Shown: one piece after another, positions 21,168 through 31,536 of the stretch | Layout: each line of letters opens with the position of its first letter | How positions within the stretch are numbered: the stretch's first letter is position 1 | From: an uncultured cyanobacterium | GTDB taxonomy: Bacteria > Cyanobacteriota > Cyanobacteriia > Pseudanabaenales > Pseudanabaenaceae | NCBI GenBank assembly: GCA_963703315.1 | Contig: OY969811.1 | Location: 2,432,001-2,496,000, forward strand | Length of the DNA: 64,000 bases | Reading direction: 5' to 3' | Made by a program: the position numbers and the translations under genes | The notes under the pieces: generated by a model | The model's database searches: none | Told to the model about the DNA's origin: nothing | Seen by the model: only the letters and a program-made list of their open reading frames with translations

Positions 21168-21584
21168 ATGCCACCAAGGTTACAGCTTAAAACTGAAGAT
21201 TGTTCACCACTAGGGCTATACGTTCTGCAATATTTAGAAGAACAAGACATTAGTATGAACCATCTCGCCGAGTTGGCTGGTGTCCCCCAACCAAGACTAC
21301 GTGGTGCTTGCTTTAAAGGAACTTGTCCCACACCTGAAACTTTGCGAAAGTTGGCAAAAATTATGGGGAAGCACCATTTAGAGCTTTACACATTGGCATA
21401 TCAAGGCAGGATTGAAATGATTCCTGAAGATGTCGATGATAATTTGCTAGATATTTTAATCAGGCAAATGCTAGAAACTGCCCGCGAGTTAAACTTAGCA
21501 ATGCCTAAAGTCCAGCCATCAAAGGCAAAAATCCGTAAAGCATTAATAGAACTAGGCTTTAGAGAGAAGCGAGAAGAACTATAA
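21168..21584 (+). CDS. XRE-family helix-turn-helix regulator
   Basis: ISMNHLAELAGVPQPRL...PTPETLRKLAK. Confidence 0.75.
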   Translation: MPPRLQLKTEDCSPLGLYVLQYLEEQDISMNHLAELAGVPQPRLRGACFKGTCPTPETLRKLAKIMGKHHLELYTLAYQGRIEMIPEDVDDNLLDILIRQMLETARELNLAMPKVQPSKAKIRKALIELGFREKREEL

Positions 21585-21618
21585 CAAAGAAGGCTCGCTT
21601 TGCGAGCCTTCTTTGTTA
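21582..21618. terminator. Hairpin between convergent genes
   Basis: taacaaagaaggctcgc-ttt-gcgagccttctttgtta. Confidence 0.65.
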
Positions 21619-22431
21619 ATTAGCTTGCACGACCATAGCAGCTAGTTTCTGAAAACGCCGTGGATCACCTTCCTCTAAATTTGCTGCACGTTCCAGACGT
21701 TTAATTTCGTAAAGCTGATTGAGAATATCTTGCCAATCATCAGGGGTTAAAGGGGATTTTTTCGCTTCCGTTGTGGTTACTTCTGTAGAAATATGAGTAT
21801 TTGCTTGAATATTCTGTAGAGCAAGCCAAACACGAGCGCGAACAGCTACAGTTTCTTCACTATTTGCCATCTGTTCAAGTTGTGATTGAATTTGCGATCG
21901 CCATTGCGGATATGTATCAGCGATCGTAAGTGCCAAAGCCTGCAACCCAACAACCGCAGCATAGCGGACTACCCATTCATCATCCTGTTTCGCCACAAAT
22001 AGCAATGCTTCTAGTGCTTCCTCTTGGGCAATCTCGCGCAGTTCATCAGGGAACCAATGCCACTTCATCAAACCTAAACCCTTAACAGCAGCACGGCGCA
22101 CACTAAAAGCGAAATCCGCAGTTGCTACACCTAGCAAAGTGACTAATCCGCGCGGATCACCAATCCCTGCTAAAGCCCGAATTGCCCACGATCGCGCAGT
22201 GTAGTTGTGCCGATCCAACAGTTCTAACAAAGCGGGAACAGATGGATCACCTAGCCAAATCAGTCCATCGACAGCAGCAACGGCGGCTCCAGGATTGTTG
22301 TAGCTCAAAGCTTCAATCAAGGTGGAAATAGCTCCTTCTAATCGAGCGTTTGCTAGATTTTGAACTGCTTCGAGTAGTCGGCTAGAAGAATCTGCTTCGT
22401 CTACAGCCTGAATGAGTTGAGAAAGAGACAT
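21616..22431 (-). CDS. cpcF: Phycocyanobilin lyase beta subunit
   Basis: HEAT repeats; YNNPGAAVAAVDGL, DFAFSVRRAA, DEWVVRYAA; follows cpcE. Confidence 0.9.
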   Translation of the reverse strand: MSLSQLIQAVDEADSSSRLLEAVQNLANARLEGAISTLIEALSYNNPGAAVAAVDGLIWLGDPSVPALLELLDRHNYTARSWAIRALAGIGDPRGLVTLLGVATADFAFSVRRAAVKGLGLMKWHWFPDELREIAQEEALEALLFVAKQDDEWVVRYAAVVGLQALALTIADTYPQWRSQIQSQLEQMANSEETVAVRARVWLALQNIQANTHISTEVTTTEAKKSPLTPDDWQDILNQLYEIKRLERAANLEEGDPRRFQKLAAMVVQAN

Positions 22432-22470
22432 ATATGAGTAAAGTAATGGAACGCTTTACGCTTCTCTACT

Positions 22471-23286
22471 TTACAATAAATCATCCATCAGTGCCATGAT
22501 CCTAATTGCCCCTTCCGTAAGATTGGGCGGCGTAGTCAGGAGAATCTGTTTTTCTAATAGACCTTTTAGAGAAATTAACTTGAGGCTATTTTCTGCCATC
22601 GTATTGCTAATTGCTTCTGCTGCGCCCAAATAACCGATCGCCCCTAAATCTGAAAGTACTGTCCGCCGTAGTTGTAAGTCATCATTGGCAAGAGCCTTAA
22701 CCAAAATATCCCCATACTGATTTGCAAGTTCAGGCTCCGATGAAAGCTGATACATGGCACGCGCCGCCGCATACTTCACTCTAGGAATAGGATGTTCTAA
22801 AAAAGGCAAAATATGGGGAATTGCTGCTACTGCTCCTAAAGTTCCTAAAGCTTCAAGAACGGCATCGAAGGGTTGTTCTGTTTCGACACCCGATATATCT
22901 GATGTAATTGGAGTATTGAGCATTGACAATAATTTGGGGACACAAGCTACATCCCCCAGCATTTCCAATGACTGTGCCGCCGCCTCCCGCACATAAAAAT
23001 CGTCAGATTCCAATGATCGGATTAAGGCTGGTACAGCACTGCGATCGCTTAGTTTTCCTAAAGCTCTAGCCGCATTACGTCGTAATGGATAGCCCCCTGC
23101 TTCAGTGCGATCGGCTTCATCATCAAGAGCAGCAATTAAAAGAGCGATCGCTCTAGCATCTTTCACTCGAAACCGTCCTAACCACCATGCTGCATAAATC
23201 CGCAGCCCCAAATCTTCACATTGCAAATTAATGAGCGCCTGTTCTAAGGTCAACTGATTATCATCTGGAAGTTCGGATTCGCTCAT
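22471..23286 (-). CDS. cpcE: Phycocyanobilin lyase alpha subunit
   Basis: RIYAAWWLG, GGYPLRRNAARALG, AENSLKLISLKGLLE, MDDLL. Confidence 0.93.
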   Translation of the reverse strand: MSESELPDDNQLTLEQALINLQCEDLGLRIYAAWWLGRFRVKDARAIALLIAALDDEADRTEAGGYPLRRNAARALGKLSDRSAVPALIRSLESDDFYVREAAAQSLEMLGDVACVPKLLSMLNTPITSDISGVETEQPFDAVLEALGTLGAVAAIPHILPFLEHPIPRVKYAAARAMYQLSSEPELANQYGDILVKALANDDLQLRRTVLSDLGAIGYLGAAEAISNTMAENSLKLISLKGLLEKQILLTTPPNLTEGAIRIMALMDDLL

Positions 23287-23371
23287 AGCTCTATCATTAA
23301 CAGGGTTTTAAGTCTTCATTTTAATAGTTTTTTGTAGCGCGACTTTGCCGCACGACAAAAAAAGTGGAATT

Positions 23372-23401
23372 AAAAAAGCACCCCTTGCGAGGTGCCTTTT
23401 T
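23372..23401 (-). terminator. Intrinsic terminator/stabilising hairpin after cpcA
   Basis: Minus strand ggcacctc-gcaa-ggggtgc followed by T-run just downstream of cpcA stop. Confidence 0.65.
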
Positions 23402-23432
23402 GTTAATCTGAAGAATCTACTTCAAGATAAAA

Positions 23433-23924
23433 CTAGATCAATGCGTTGATAGCATAATCGAGGTAGGAGTTTGCTTCGGAAGCAGCGTCACCGCTTAGAC
23501 CGTGGTTAGCCTTGATGAACTTCAAAGCTTCAACATACCAGCTAGGAGACAATTCAAAAGTACGGTTGATTTCAGCCAAACCACTGATGAGGTAGTCATC
23601 AAGAGGACCTGTACCACCAACAACCAACGCATAGGTTACGATGCGGAGGTAGTAGCCGATGTCTCTGGCGCACTTGTCCTTACCGCGTTGGTCGGCAGCA
23701 TAGTTAGCACCAGGAGTGCTGGTGGTGTAAGGGAATTTTTGGTAAACAGCATTAGCAGCACCAGATACCAATGAATCAGCCTTAGCGGTCAAAGCACGAG
23801 CAGCTTCTAAACCAGATGCTGCTTGACGGAAACGACCGAAAGCAACCTGCAATTCGCTGGAGCTGAGGAAACGACCTTGAGAATCTGCTGTAGCTAGAGC
23901 TTCGGTTAAAGGGGTCTTCGACAT
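23433..23924 (-). CDS. cpcA: Phycocyanin alpha subunit
   Basis: [29 protein letters not shown] chromophore Cys. Confidence 0.97.
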   Translation of the reverse strand: MSKTPLTEALATADSQGRFLSSSELQVAFGRFRQAASGLEAARALTAKADSLVSGAANAVYQKFPYTTSTPGANYAADQRGKDKCARDIGYYLRIVTYALVVGGTGPLDDYLISGLAEINRTFELSPSWYVEALKFIKANHGLSGDAASEANSYLDYAINALI

Positions 23925-23973
23925 GATTTACAATATCTCCAAATAAATTTTTTAAACAATCAAAAGATTCAGA

Positions 23974-24495
23974 CTAAGCAACTGCTGCTGCTGCTCTATC
24001 AAAGTAGCTGCCGAGTTCAGCAATCAGGCTGCTGCAATCACCACGGGTAATGCCATTAGGATCGTTAGCGATTGCGATCGCTGCTTCCTTCATCTTTTGA
24101 ACGCCAACTGCAACTGAAGCACCAGGAGTACCAAGAGCCAAGTAGGTTTCTCTCAAACCGTTCAAGCAACGATCATCCAAGATGCTAGAATCGCCAGCGA
24201 ATACTGCATAGGTTACATAGCGCAAGATGATTTCCATGTCGCGCAAGCAAGCAGCCATACGACGGTTGGTGTAAGCATTTCCACCAGGAGCGATCAATGC
24301 AGGTTGCTCAGCGAACAAAGCACGAGCAGCGTTAGCAACGATTGTGGAAGAGCTACCAGTAATACGGTTTACTACGTCAATACGCTTGCTGCCATCAGCA
24401 ACAAGTGCATTCAAAGCATCTAGCTGAGAAGAGCTGAGGTATGCGCCACGTGAATCAGCTTGGGATACTACCTTGGCAAATGCATCTAATGTCAT
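23974..24495 (-). CDS. cpcB: Phycocyanin beta subunit
   Basis: [23 protein letters not shown] second chromophore Cys. Confidence 0.97.
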   Translation of the reverse strand: MTLDAFAKVVSQADSRGAYLSSSQLDALNALVADGSKRIDVVNRITGSSSTIVANAARALFAEQPALIAPGGNAYTNRRMAACLRDMEIILRYVTYAVFAGDSSILDDRCLNGLRETYLALGTPGASVAVGVQKMKEAAIAIANDPNGITRGDCSSLIAELGSYFDRAAAAVA

Positions 24496-24729
24496 GTTAC
24501 GTTTATCTCCAAATATGTTTAAGTGTCTTTTTAAAGACTAAGACTTGGCAAAGCCAGATCTATTTAATATCTAAACCCATAACATATTTCTGAATTTCAA
24601 TCATTTTTTAGTTAGAGTGAAAAATCAGAGCAGGCTAGGGAAAGTTTTTATTTTTAAATAGTTGGACTCGCTAGCTCAACCAGTTAAAGTCTTATCTTTA
24701 GCTCGTTTCGCTGGTTCGATTTCCAACTT

Positions 24730-24785
24730 CTATGTTTATACTATGTCGTTGGATCGTTTTTTGTTACGGATTGTCACAATTTATG
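24730..24785 (-). promoter_or_regulatory. Putative cpcBA promoter with HLR1-like (RpaB) direct repeat
   Basis: GTTACGGA-tt-GTCACAAT (24763-24780) resembles HLR1 (G/T)TTACA(T/A)(T/A)-N2 repeat; minus-strand TATAAA -10-like box near 24735-24740; implies long 5' leader. Confidence 0.4.
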
Positions 24786-25080
24786 ACAGCTTATTTCAGC
24801 AATTGTATTTTCTGTATCATCTAGATACTTTTAAAACAAGTAAGTATAATTACTAAACTCTTTCTGGGTAAGTCTTTAAAGGTGATCATAAATGTTAAGA
24901 AACTTGAATATGATTTTTTTATAAAAGTATTTCTGAGTCAGCTAGGAAGCGATCTATATAATCTTCTGTTCACTAAGAACTATGCACTGCATAGATTTCA
25001 GAACTCATAACATAAAACCCTAAAAGTTTTAGAGCAGCTTGCTCTAAAACTTTTAGGGTTTTATATTTCATCAAGGGTTT

Positions 25081-25995
25081 TCAAACAGGTACTTTTAGCT
25101 CAGCACCTAGAGGAAAGCCCAAGGCTTCTCTTTGGTTGTAGTAGAGTTTGGCAACCTGTCGCGCAAGGTTACGGATACGTCCAATATATCGAGTGCGCTC
25201 AGTTACAGAGATTACGCCTCTAGCATCAAGCAAGTTAAAAGAATGCGAACATTTCAACACGTAATCAAAGGCGGGTAATACTAATTCAGAAGCTATTAAA
25301 TGTCCTGCTTCTTTTTCGTATTGCAAGAATAGTTGGAACAATAAATCAGAATCCTGTGGCTTGCCGCCAAAGTTACCGAAATTGTAGCCACTATGCTCAA
25401 CTTCGCTTTGGTGATGCACTTGACCATATTTAATGTCGCCGAGGGTGGGGTGCGATCGCCACACAATGTCATACACCGAGTCCACACCTTGCAAATACAT
25501 CACCAGCCGTTCCAGACCATAGGTGATTTCCGCAGAAACAGGACGACAGTCTAAACCTCCAACCTGTTGAAAATAAGTAAATTGGGTAACTTCCATTCCA
25601 TCAAGCCATACTTCCCAGCCTACGCCCCATGCGCCGAGGGTGGGAGATTCCCAATCATCTTCGACAAAACGTACGTCATGATCGGCGGGATCTATGCCTA
25701 AATGTTTGAGGCTATTCAGATATAGCTCTAAGACATCATCGGGAGATGGCTTGAGAATTACTTGAAATTGATAGTAATGCTGTAAGCGGTTAGGGTTTTC
25801 GCCATAGCGTCCGTCAGTGGGGCGGCGACATGGTTCCACGTATGCGACACTCCAAGGTTCAGGACCGATCGCTCTTAAGAAAGTATGCGGACTCATCGTG
25901 CCAGCGCCTTTCTCAATATCGTAGGGCTGAGCAATCAGACATCCGCGATCGCTCCAATATTTTTGCAACGCTAAAATAACCGACTGAAAATCCAT
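25081..25995 (-). CDS. glyQ: Glycine--tRNA ligase alpha subunit
   Basis: [38 protein letters not shown]; start at MDFQSV. Confidence 0.96.
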   Translation of the reverse strand: MDFQSVILALQKYWSDRGCLIAQPYDIEKGAGTMSPHTFLRAIGPEPWSVAYVEPCRRPTDGRYGENPNRLQHYYQFQVILKPSPDDVLELYLNSLKHLGIDPADHDVRFVEDDWESPTLGAWGVGWEVWLDGMEVTQFTYFQQVGGLDCRPVSAEITYGLERLVMYLQGVDSVYDIVWRSHPTLGDIKYGQVHHQSEVEHSGYNFGNFGGKPQDSDLLFQLFLQYEKEAGHLIASELVLPAFDYVLKCSHSFNLLDARGVISVTERTRYIGRIRNLARQVAKLYYNQREALGFPLGAELKVPV

Positions 25996-26045
25996 GCTGT
26001 ACAGGGCAATAACACTAGTGTTTTTTATCCTATCAGCGATCGTCA

Positions 26046-26158
26046 TATAGCAAAAAAGTTTTGCTTAGGACACAAAACCAGAAGCGAGTTGCGGCGCTCC
26101 GCGCCGCAACTCGCTTCTGGGGTTTTAGTTTGTACTAACCCACTCTTGCTTTGCTATA
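26046..26158. mobile_element. MITE-like hairpin element, family A
   Basis: Homologue of 363-477 with gcggcgc-tcc-gcgccgc core. Confidence 0.72.
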
Positions 26159-26206
26159 GGAAGTGCGGTAATGCTTTAGGCTATTAGGATAATTTTTTGG
26201 GGAAAA

Positions 26207-26833
26207 GTGATGAGTCTTTTTTTACAAACCCTTGCTAGTGCTGATGCTATTTATGTCAGCCAAAAATTTGAACTTGCCGAAATATTTGGCTTTGAAACCC
26301 GCAATCGTTATGTCATCAAAACCGATGATGGTCAACAATTTGGATACTGCGCTGAACCAAAGGTAGGTTTTTTAGATGCGATCATGCGGCAGTTTTTAGG
26401 ACATTGGCGAGTTTTTAATATCGTGGGAACCGATATGCATAATCAACAGGTTTTTCGCGCTCATCATCCTTTTCGGTGGTTTTTCCAGCATCTTGATGTT
26501 TTTGGTGCAGGCGATCGCCCCTTAGGAAGTTTGCAACAAAGATTTGCGTGGTTCAACAAAAAATTTGATTTTCTTGATACTAGAGGTAGGGTGATCATGA
26601 CCATGAATTCCCCGATTTGGAAAATTTGGACATTTCCGATCCAAAAAGATAGTAGAGATGTATCAGTAATTGAGAAAAAATGGTCAGGATTTTCTAAAGA
26701 ACTATTTACAGATGCCGATAATTTTAGAGTGCGATTCACCGACCTCAAATTAACCTCTGACGAAAGGTTGTTGTTATTGGCTGGTGCAGTATTTGTCGAT
26801 CTTCTCTACTTTGAGACTAAAGCTTCTTCATAG
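26207..26833 (+). CDS. Phospholipid scramblase/LURP-one-like protein
   Basis: FGFETRNRYVI, IEKKWSG..KELFTDADNF, LLLAGAVFVD. Confidence 0.8.
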   Translation: MMSLFLQTLASADAIYVSQKFELAEIFGFETRNRYVIKTDDGQQFGYCAEPKVGFLDAIMRQFLGHWRVFNIVGTDMHNQQVFRAHHPFRWFFQHLDVFGAGDRPLGSLQQRFAWFNKKFDFLDTRGRVIMTMNSPIWKIWTFPIQKDSRDVSVIEKKWSGFSKELFTDADNFRVRFTDLKLTSDERLLLLAGAVFVDLLYFETKASS

Positions 26834-26887
26834 AGATAGTGTTTTCAAAGCTAAAAATGGCGTTGCCATTTTTAGCTTTGGTATTAC

Positions 26888-26936
26888 TAGGTTACTTGCG
26901 ATTCGATCGCACCTTTAGCATCATTAGCGATCGCCT
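26888..26936 (-). pseudogene. Displaced duplicate of the cobN 3' end
   Basis: 26896-26936 matches 31543-31583 at 39/41 nt; reads AIANDAKGAIESQVT* versus cobN AIANDAEGAIESQT*. Confidence 0.85.
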
Positions 26937-27883
26937 AAATCCATCATCACAAATTAGTAAGGCGATCGCTATATGTCTCAATCATTTGATCGCTCAATTT
27001 ATTCGTAATTTCATCTGTTTGTGGATATCGTTCCTTTATTTCTTGTGCAAAAGAGAATTTTCATCCATTCACTAATTGCTGAAAGCGACTATCTTCTCTA
27101 ATTCCATTAAACTCAGGATCTCGTCTTGCTCGTTTTCTAGTCATATTTGGCTTCTGAGCAATAGCTAAATCCAGATATTTAACTGAATCTTCAACATTGT
27201 TCTGTAAGGCGTAACAACAAGATTTTGCATAGAGAACATCAACGTTATTAGGATTATTATCCAAAGCTATATCGCAAATTTCTAGAGATTTTTTGTGTTG
27301 ATCTATCCAAGCAAACAAAACGCCACGACTAACTTGTAATCTAATGTCATCTGGTGCTATTTCTAAAGCTTTATTGAAATCATTGAGAGCTTCCTTATAT
27401 CGGTTAAGCCTTGTCAGTGTAATAGCCCTATGAAGCCAAGCTTCAGCATGGTTTTCTTGCAGTTTTATGGCTATATCATATCTATACAAAGCTTCTTCAT
27501 ATTTTTCTAATAATGTAAAAACATACCCAGTATTCATAAATGCTTTATTATTGTCAGGCTTTAGCTTAATAGCTTTATCAAAATCCGCAATTGCCTCTTG
27601 GTATTTTTCTAAATTAGCCTTTGCTAAACCTCGATTATTCCAAGCGTCAATAAAATCTGCTTTTAACTTAATAGCTTCATTAAAGTCTATAATTGCTTCT
27701 TGATATTTTTCTAGATCAGCTTTTGCTAAGCCTCGATTATTCCAAACATCAATATAGCCTATTTTTAGATTAATTGCTTCATCATAATCCGAGATTGCTT
27801 CTTGATATCTCCCTAAATTAGCTTTTGCAACACCTCGATTATTCCAAGCTTCAGGAAGGTTTGACTTTAGCCTAATAGCTTCG

Positions 27884-28950
27884 GGCACTGGTCAGTTAAA
27901 TCGTGAGGGAGTGAAAGCCTCGTAGTGAAAGCAACTCCAGCATGGAAAGCGGTCGATGATATAGCCCGATCGCCATAACTGGAGTCTTATTCTTCCCTAA
28001 GCCCACATGAGGTCTCACCCAGTTGTGAACTAATCTTTGCACAGTGACTGCTCGTTGTAATCCTTCGGTATTCTTCGCATATAGGTTTTGTCTGCGACGA
28101 TAAGCACTACATCTCCTTCTCAAAGCACTGTTGTTAGCTTCATTGTGATTGGCATGAATGTCACACTTGTCGCTAATAGCCGTATAGGGATGCTCAGGTT
28201 TGAGCCATTCGACCCGACGATTTCCCTGTGAACTTTTAATTTTGATCGCAACTTCTAAGCCATGTCGCCATACCTTGCGATGTCTATACTCACGACTTAC
28301 TTCAGTGGATTTGAGGCGCACACTTGCCATTTGCCATAGTTGTTGGGCATAGCGTCTTTCGCCATCGGTAAACCATCGGATGTATTGACTTGCCTTTGCC
28401 CATTGCCATGCTGTTTTGGTTGCTTTAGTAAATAATTCAGTGGTTTTGAGTCCTACCCTTGCCTCAATCCAATAGCGACTCTTACGCTCAATGAATGTCA
28501 CTGTCCATCCTTTTGACTTTGAGGGGGGGAAGGTTCTCGCCTACGCGAGTGTAAACCTCATCTCCCTCGACTGTTATATCTCCTCCTGCTGGGGCATCTG
28601 GACTCCATTGCTGTGACTGGGTTGCCAATTTTTGCTCCCATCTCATGATGCTGACATGGGATTTTTCGAGGACTCTGCCACTGGCTCTGATTCCCATCCC
28701 TTCACTCCTCATCTTTAGCGCTAAGGATACGACACTCGCTGGTGTTCTCAGCCTTGACATTGGCGTTCCTGTCCTTTCACTAAATCTCTTGCCGCATCCT
28801 TTACACAAATAGTTCTGGATAGCTTTGCCATCTTGGTGATGATGTTTGCCATTTTTGATGATCTTTTGGCTCTGGCAGTGGGGGCATTCCATAGCTTTCT
28901 CCTTTCCTCTGCCTCTATTTTCTCATACCACTAATTCAATGACCAGTGCC
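27884..28950 (-). mobile_element. IS1-family insertion sequence, 1067 bp, 8-bp target duplication TAGCTTCG
   Basis: IRs GGCACTGGTCAGTTAAAT / GGCACTGGTCATTGAATT; TSD at 27876-27883 and 28951-28958. Confidence 0.93.
27896..28892 (-). CDS. IS1-family transposase in two frames (28488-28892 zinc ribbon/HTH; 27896-28501 DDE part)
   Basis: CPHC...CKGC, EGDEVYT, FTDGERRY, NHNEANNSALRRR; frames join at a C7 run (plus-strand G7, 28523-28529). Confidence 0.85.
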
Positions 28951-31536
28951 TAGCTTCGTCATAATCGGCAATCGCTTCCTCAAATTTTTTTAAATTACTC
29001 TTTACATTTCCTCGATTAGACCAAGCTTCAGAAAAGTCTGATTTTAACTTAATAGCTTCGTCATAATCATCGATTGCTTCTTCATGTTTGTTTAAATTAG
29101 CCTTTGCTAGACCTCGATTACTCCAAGTCTCAGGAAGGTTTGGCTGTAGCTTAATAGCTACATCGTAATTTGAGATCGCTTCTTCATACTTTTCCAAATT
29201 ATTTTTTGCAATTCCTCGATTATTCCAAGCATCAATAAGATTCGATTTTAGCTTAATAGCTTCATTGTAATCTATAATAGCTTCTTCATATTTCTCTAAG
29301 TTGGCTTTTGCAACCCCTCGATTGTTCCAAACTTCAGAAATATCTGGTTTTAGATTAATGGATTCGTTAAAACTAATACTTGCTTCTTCATATCTATGTA
29401 AACTCAAGTAAATAAGACCAACAAAATAAAATATGTGGCTGCTATATTCAGGTTTAATTTTGTTTTTAAGGAATTTAGATTGAATTTCTAAGTGCTTTAC
29501 TATTTCGATTTTTTGGAACTCATTACAACGAGATAATTTGCCAGCTAATCCCATATACTTGGATAATCCGTCAGGCAAGAAGTCTACATATTGCAAAAAC
29601 ATTTTTATAATATCTTCTATTTTCTCCACATCTCCTCGTGTTAACTGAGTCTCATCGACTTTGATCCCAGAAACAGGCTGTGAAATTATCATGAACCAGA
29701 CAACAGAGAAATATGGAGATATACTTTCTATGTTTTCTAAAAATTTTCGATTCTCATGGCTCAATAAATGATTGTTCGCTACTTCTGCTTCTGCGATAAT
29801 CGCAGCAACAGGAGCGAGCGCAACCTCAGTTTGATTGAAATATCGAGAGCTTAAGAAATGGTGGAGAAAACAAAGCTTTCCATCTTCTCCACGCAAACTA
29901 AAAAATGCGTGATAAATTGCTTCAGAAGTATATCTAATCCAATCAAAGTTTCCATATTTTTCTGATTCACAACTATTTAGCGGAACTTCTTGATTCGCTT
30001 CACCCTCAAAATGCTCTCTCAAAAGATAATGGATTGCTCGGAATTTACTACGGTCATCACTATATAAGGATTTTCTAATAGCATCTCGTGCTACATCTTT
30101 TAGACAATATTTGCCATCACTGTCTCTAATATATTCAACTGCATTAAACCGCTTCAGCCAGTCAAAGCAATCAAAAATCGGATCAACATCTGCTTTAAAG
30201 TCTAGATCTTGATAAGTAACCAATTTTTTTATCAACGATTTATCAAACCAACGACAACAAGCCGCTAGCTCAATTAGACGCTTTTGATTATCAGTTAGTC
30301 TCTTGAGTAATCGCTCAAAAATTTCTTCAGTGTAGTTAATCGATTCACCATCTTGATTATCTTGTCTAACTAGATCTAAGTGAAATGGGAATCCTTTAGT
30401 TGTATTGTGAAGACTGTTAATGATTCTTCTGTCAGAAATTCCGATAGATTCTAAGTATTTTGTTGTTTCCTCTTTCTTGAATAGTTCTAATTGAGCCTGT
30501 TGAACTAACTTTGTTCTTGATATTAATTCTTTCCAATTATCATTTTTAGATATATTGTCTTGACCAGCTATAACCAAGCGAATTTTGCTGGCTTTCAAAG
30601 CTTTATTTGTCAAAAATAATTGCCGTAGCCAAATGTCAATATCTGCCGAAGCTTTCTCATATGTATCTAAAATCAGTATAATAGGAGTATGTTTAGCTTT
30701 ACACACTATGCTTTCAACAAATGCCTGAGTTATTTTAGGCAAAGGATCTATTATCAATTCTCGTAATTTTTGTTCCGCTTTTGTTGCCTGATGTTTGAGT
30801 AAAAGATCTTTAAGGGATAAAGCACTAACAGCCCCATCTATGGCAAAATCCACAGTCTGATCAACATTTGTTTTTGTAGAAGTTGCAAACAAAGCCAAGG
30901 GGTTTCCTAAACCGCCTAAAAGGGCTTGACCTGCCAAAAAAGTATTGGCTCCAAGCTTGCTTAGTTTCTTAAATAGATCAATCTGCTCTTTTGTGACTAC
31001 ACCATTAGTCTCAACAGGCTGTGTACCTAGAGCATTAAGAGTTTTCTTGTAATTTTCACAAATTTTTTCAAACGGATCGCTCTGTCGTATTTTTGATATA
31101 TCTTTCTCGAAAAGCCCAAGCTGTGGAATCTCCTTGTAGAGCTTTTCCATAACACTCAAGGGATTTTCATCAACAGAGTTGAAATCAAATCTATCGAAAG
31201 AGATTTTAGCAAAACAAATTTTCTCTTTGTCTGTGCCATAAAGTTCTTCTTCAAGTTTGTCTAGCAACGTGGACTTACCGACACCACCAATCCCCCAAAC
31301 ATAAAACATAACAGGAGATGACTCTGGCTGAGCGATCGCCTTTTTGACATTATTTATTAAACTTTCTTCTTGCGGACGGACAATGTGTGGCTTTTGATTA
31401 GTCATCTAAGAAATTGCGGCTAAGTCACAAACTATTTTTGAAATTCTTGTATAAGTAATTCTAACCTGATTTTTATATGTTTGCTATGCATTAGCCTCTT
31501 ATACACAGCAAACATTAGTAATTATGGAAAGAACAT

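Larger units (their letters stand above)
27061..31405 (-). pseudogene. P-loop NTPase (STAND/AAA_16-like)-TPR protein, 1089 aa when restored, interrupted by IS1
   Basis: Walker A GIGGVGKST, Walker B IILILDTYE, many 34-aa TPRs (WNNRG.AK.NL..YEEAI); removing IS plus one TSD (1075 bp) restores ...DYDEAIRLKSNLPEAW in frame. Confidence 0.88.

Noticed and set aside
23433..24495. Sulfur-sparing phycocyanin (cpc3 type), since CpcA has only one Met and one Cys
   Set aside because: CpcB keeps three internal Met and the non-chromophore Cys (DDRCL); low-sulfur CpcA also occurs in ordinary operons
26947..27060. 37 sense codons in frame after the TPR gene stop (KFSFAQEIKERY...)
   Set aside because: No start or recognisable homology; could be chance or an unidentifiable remnant
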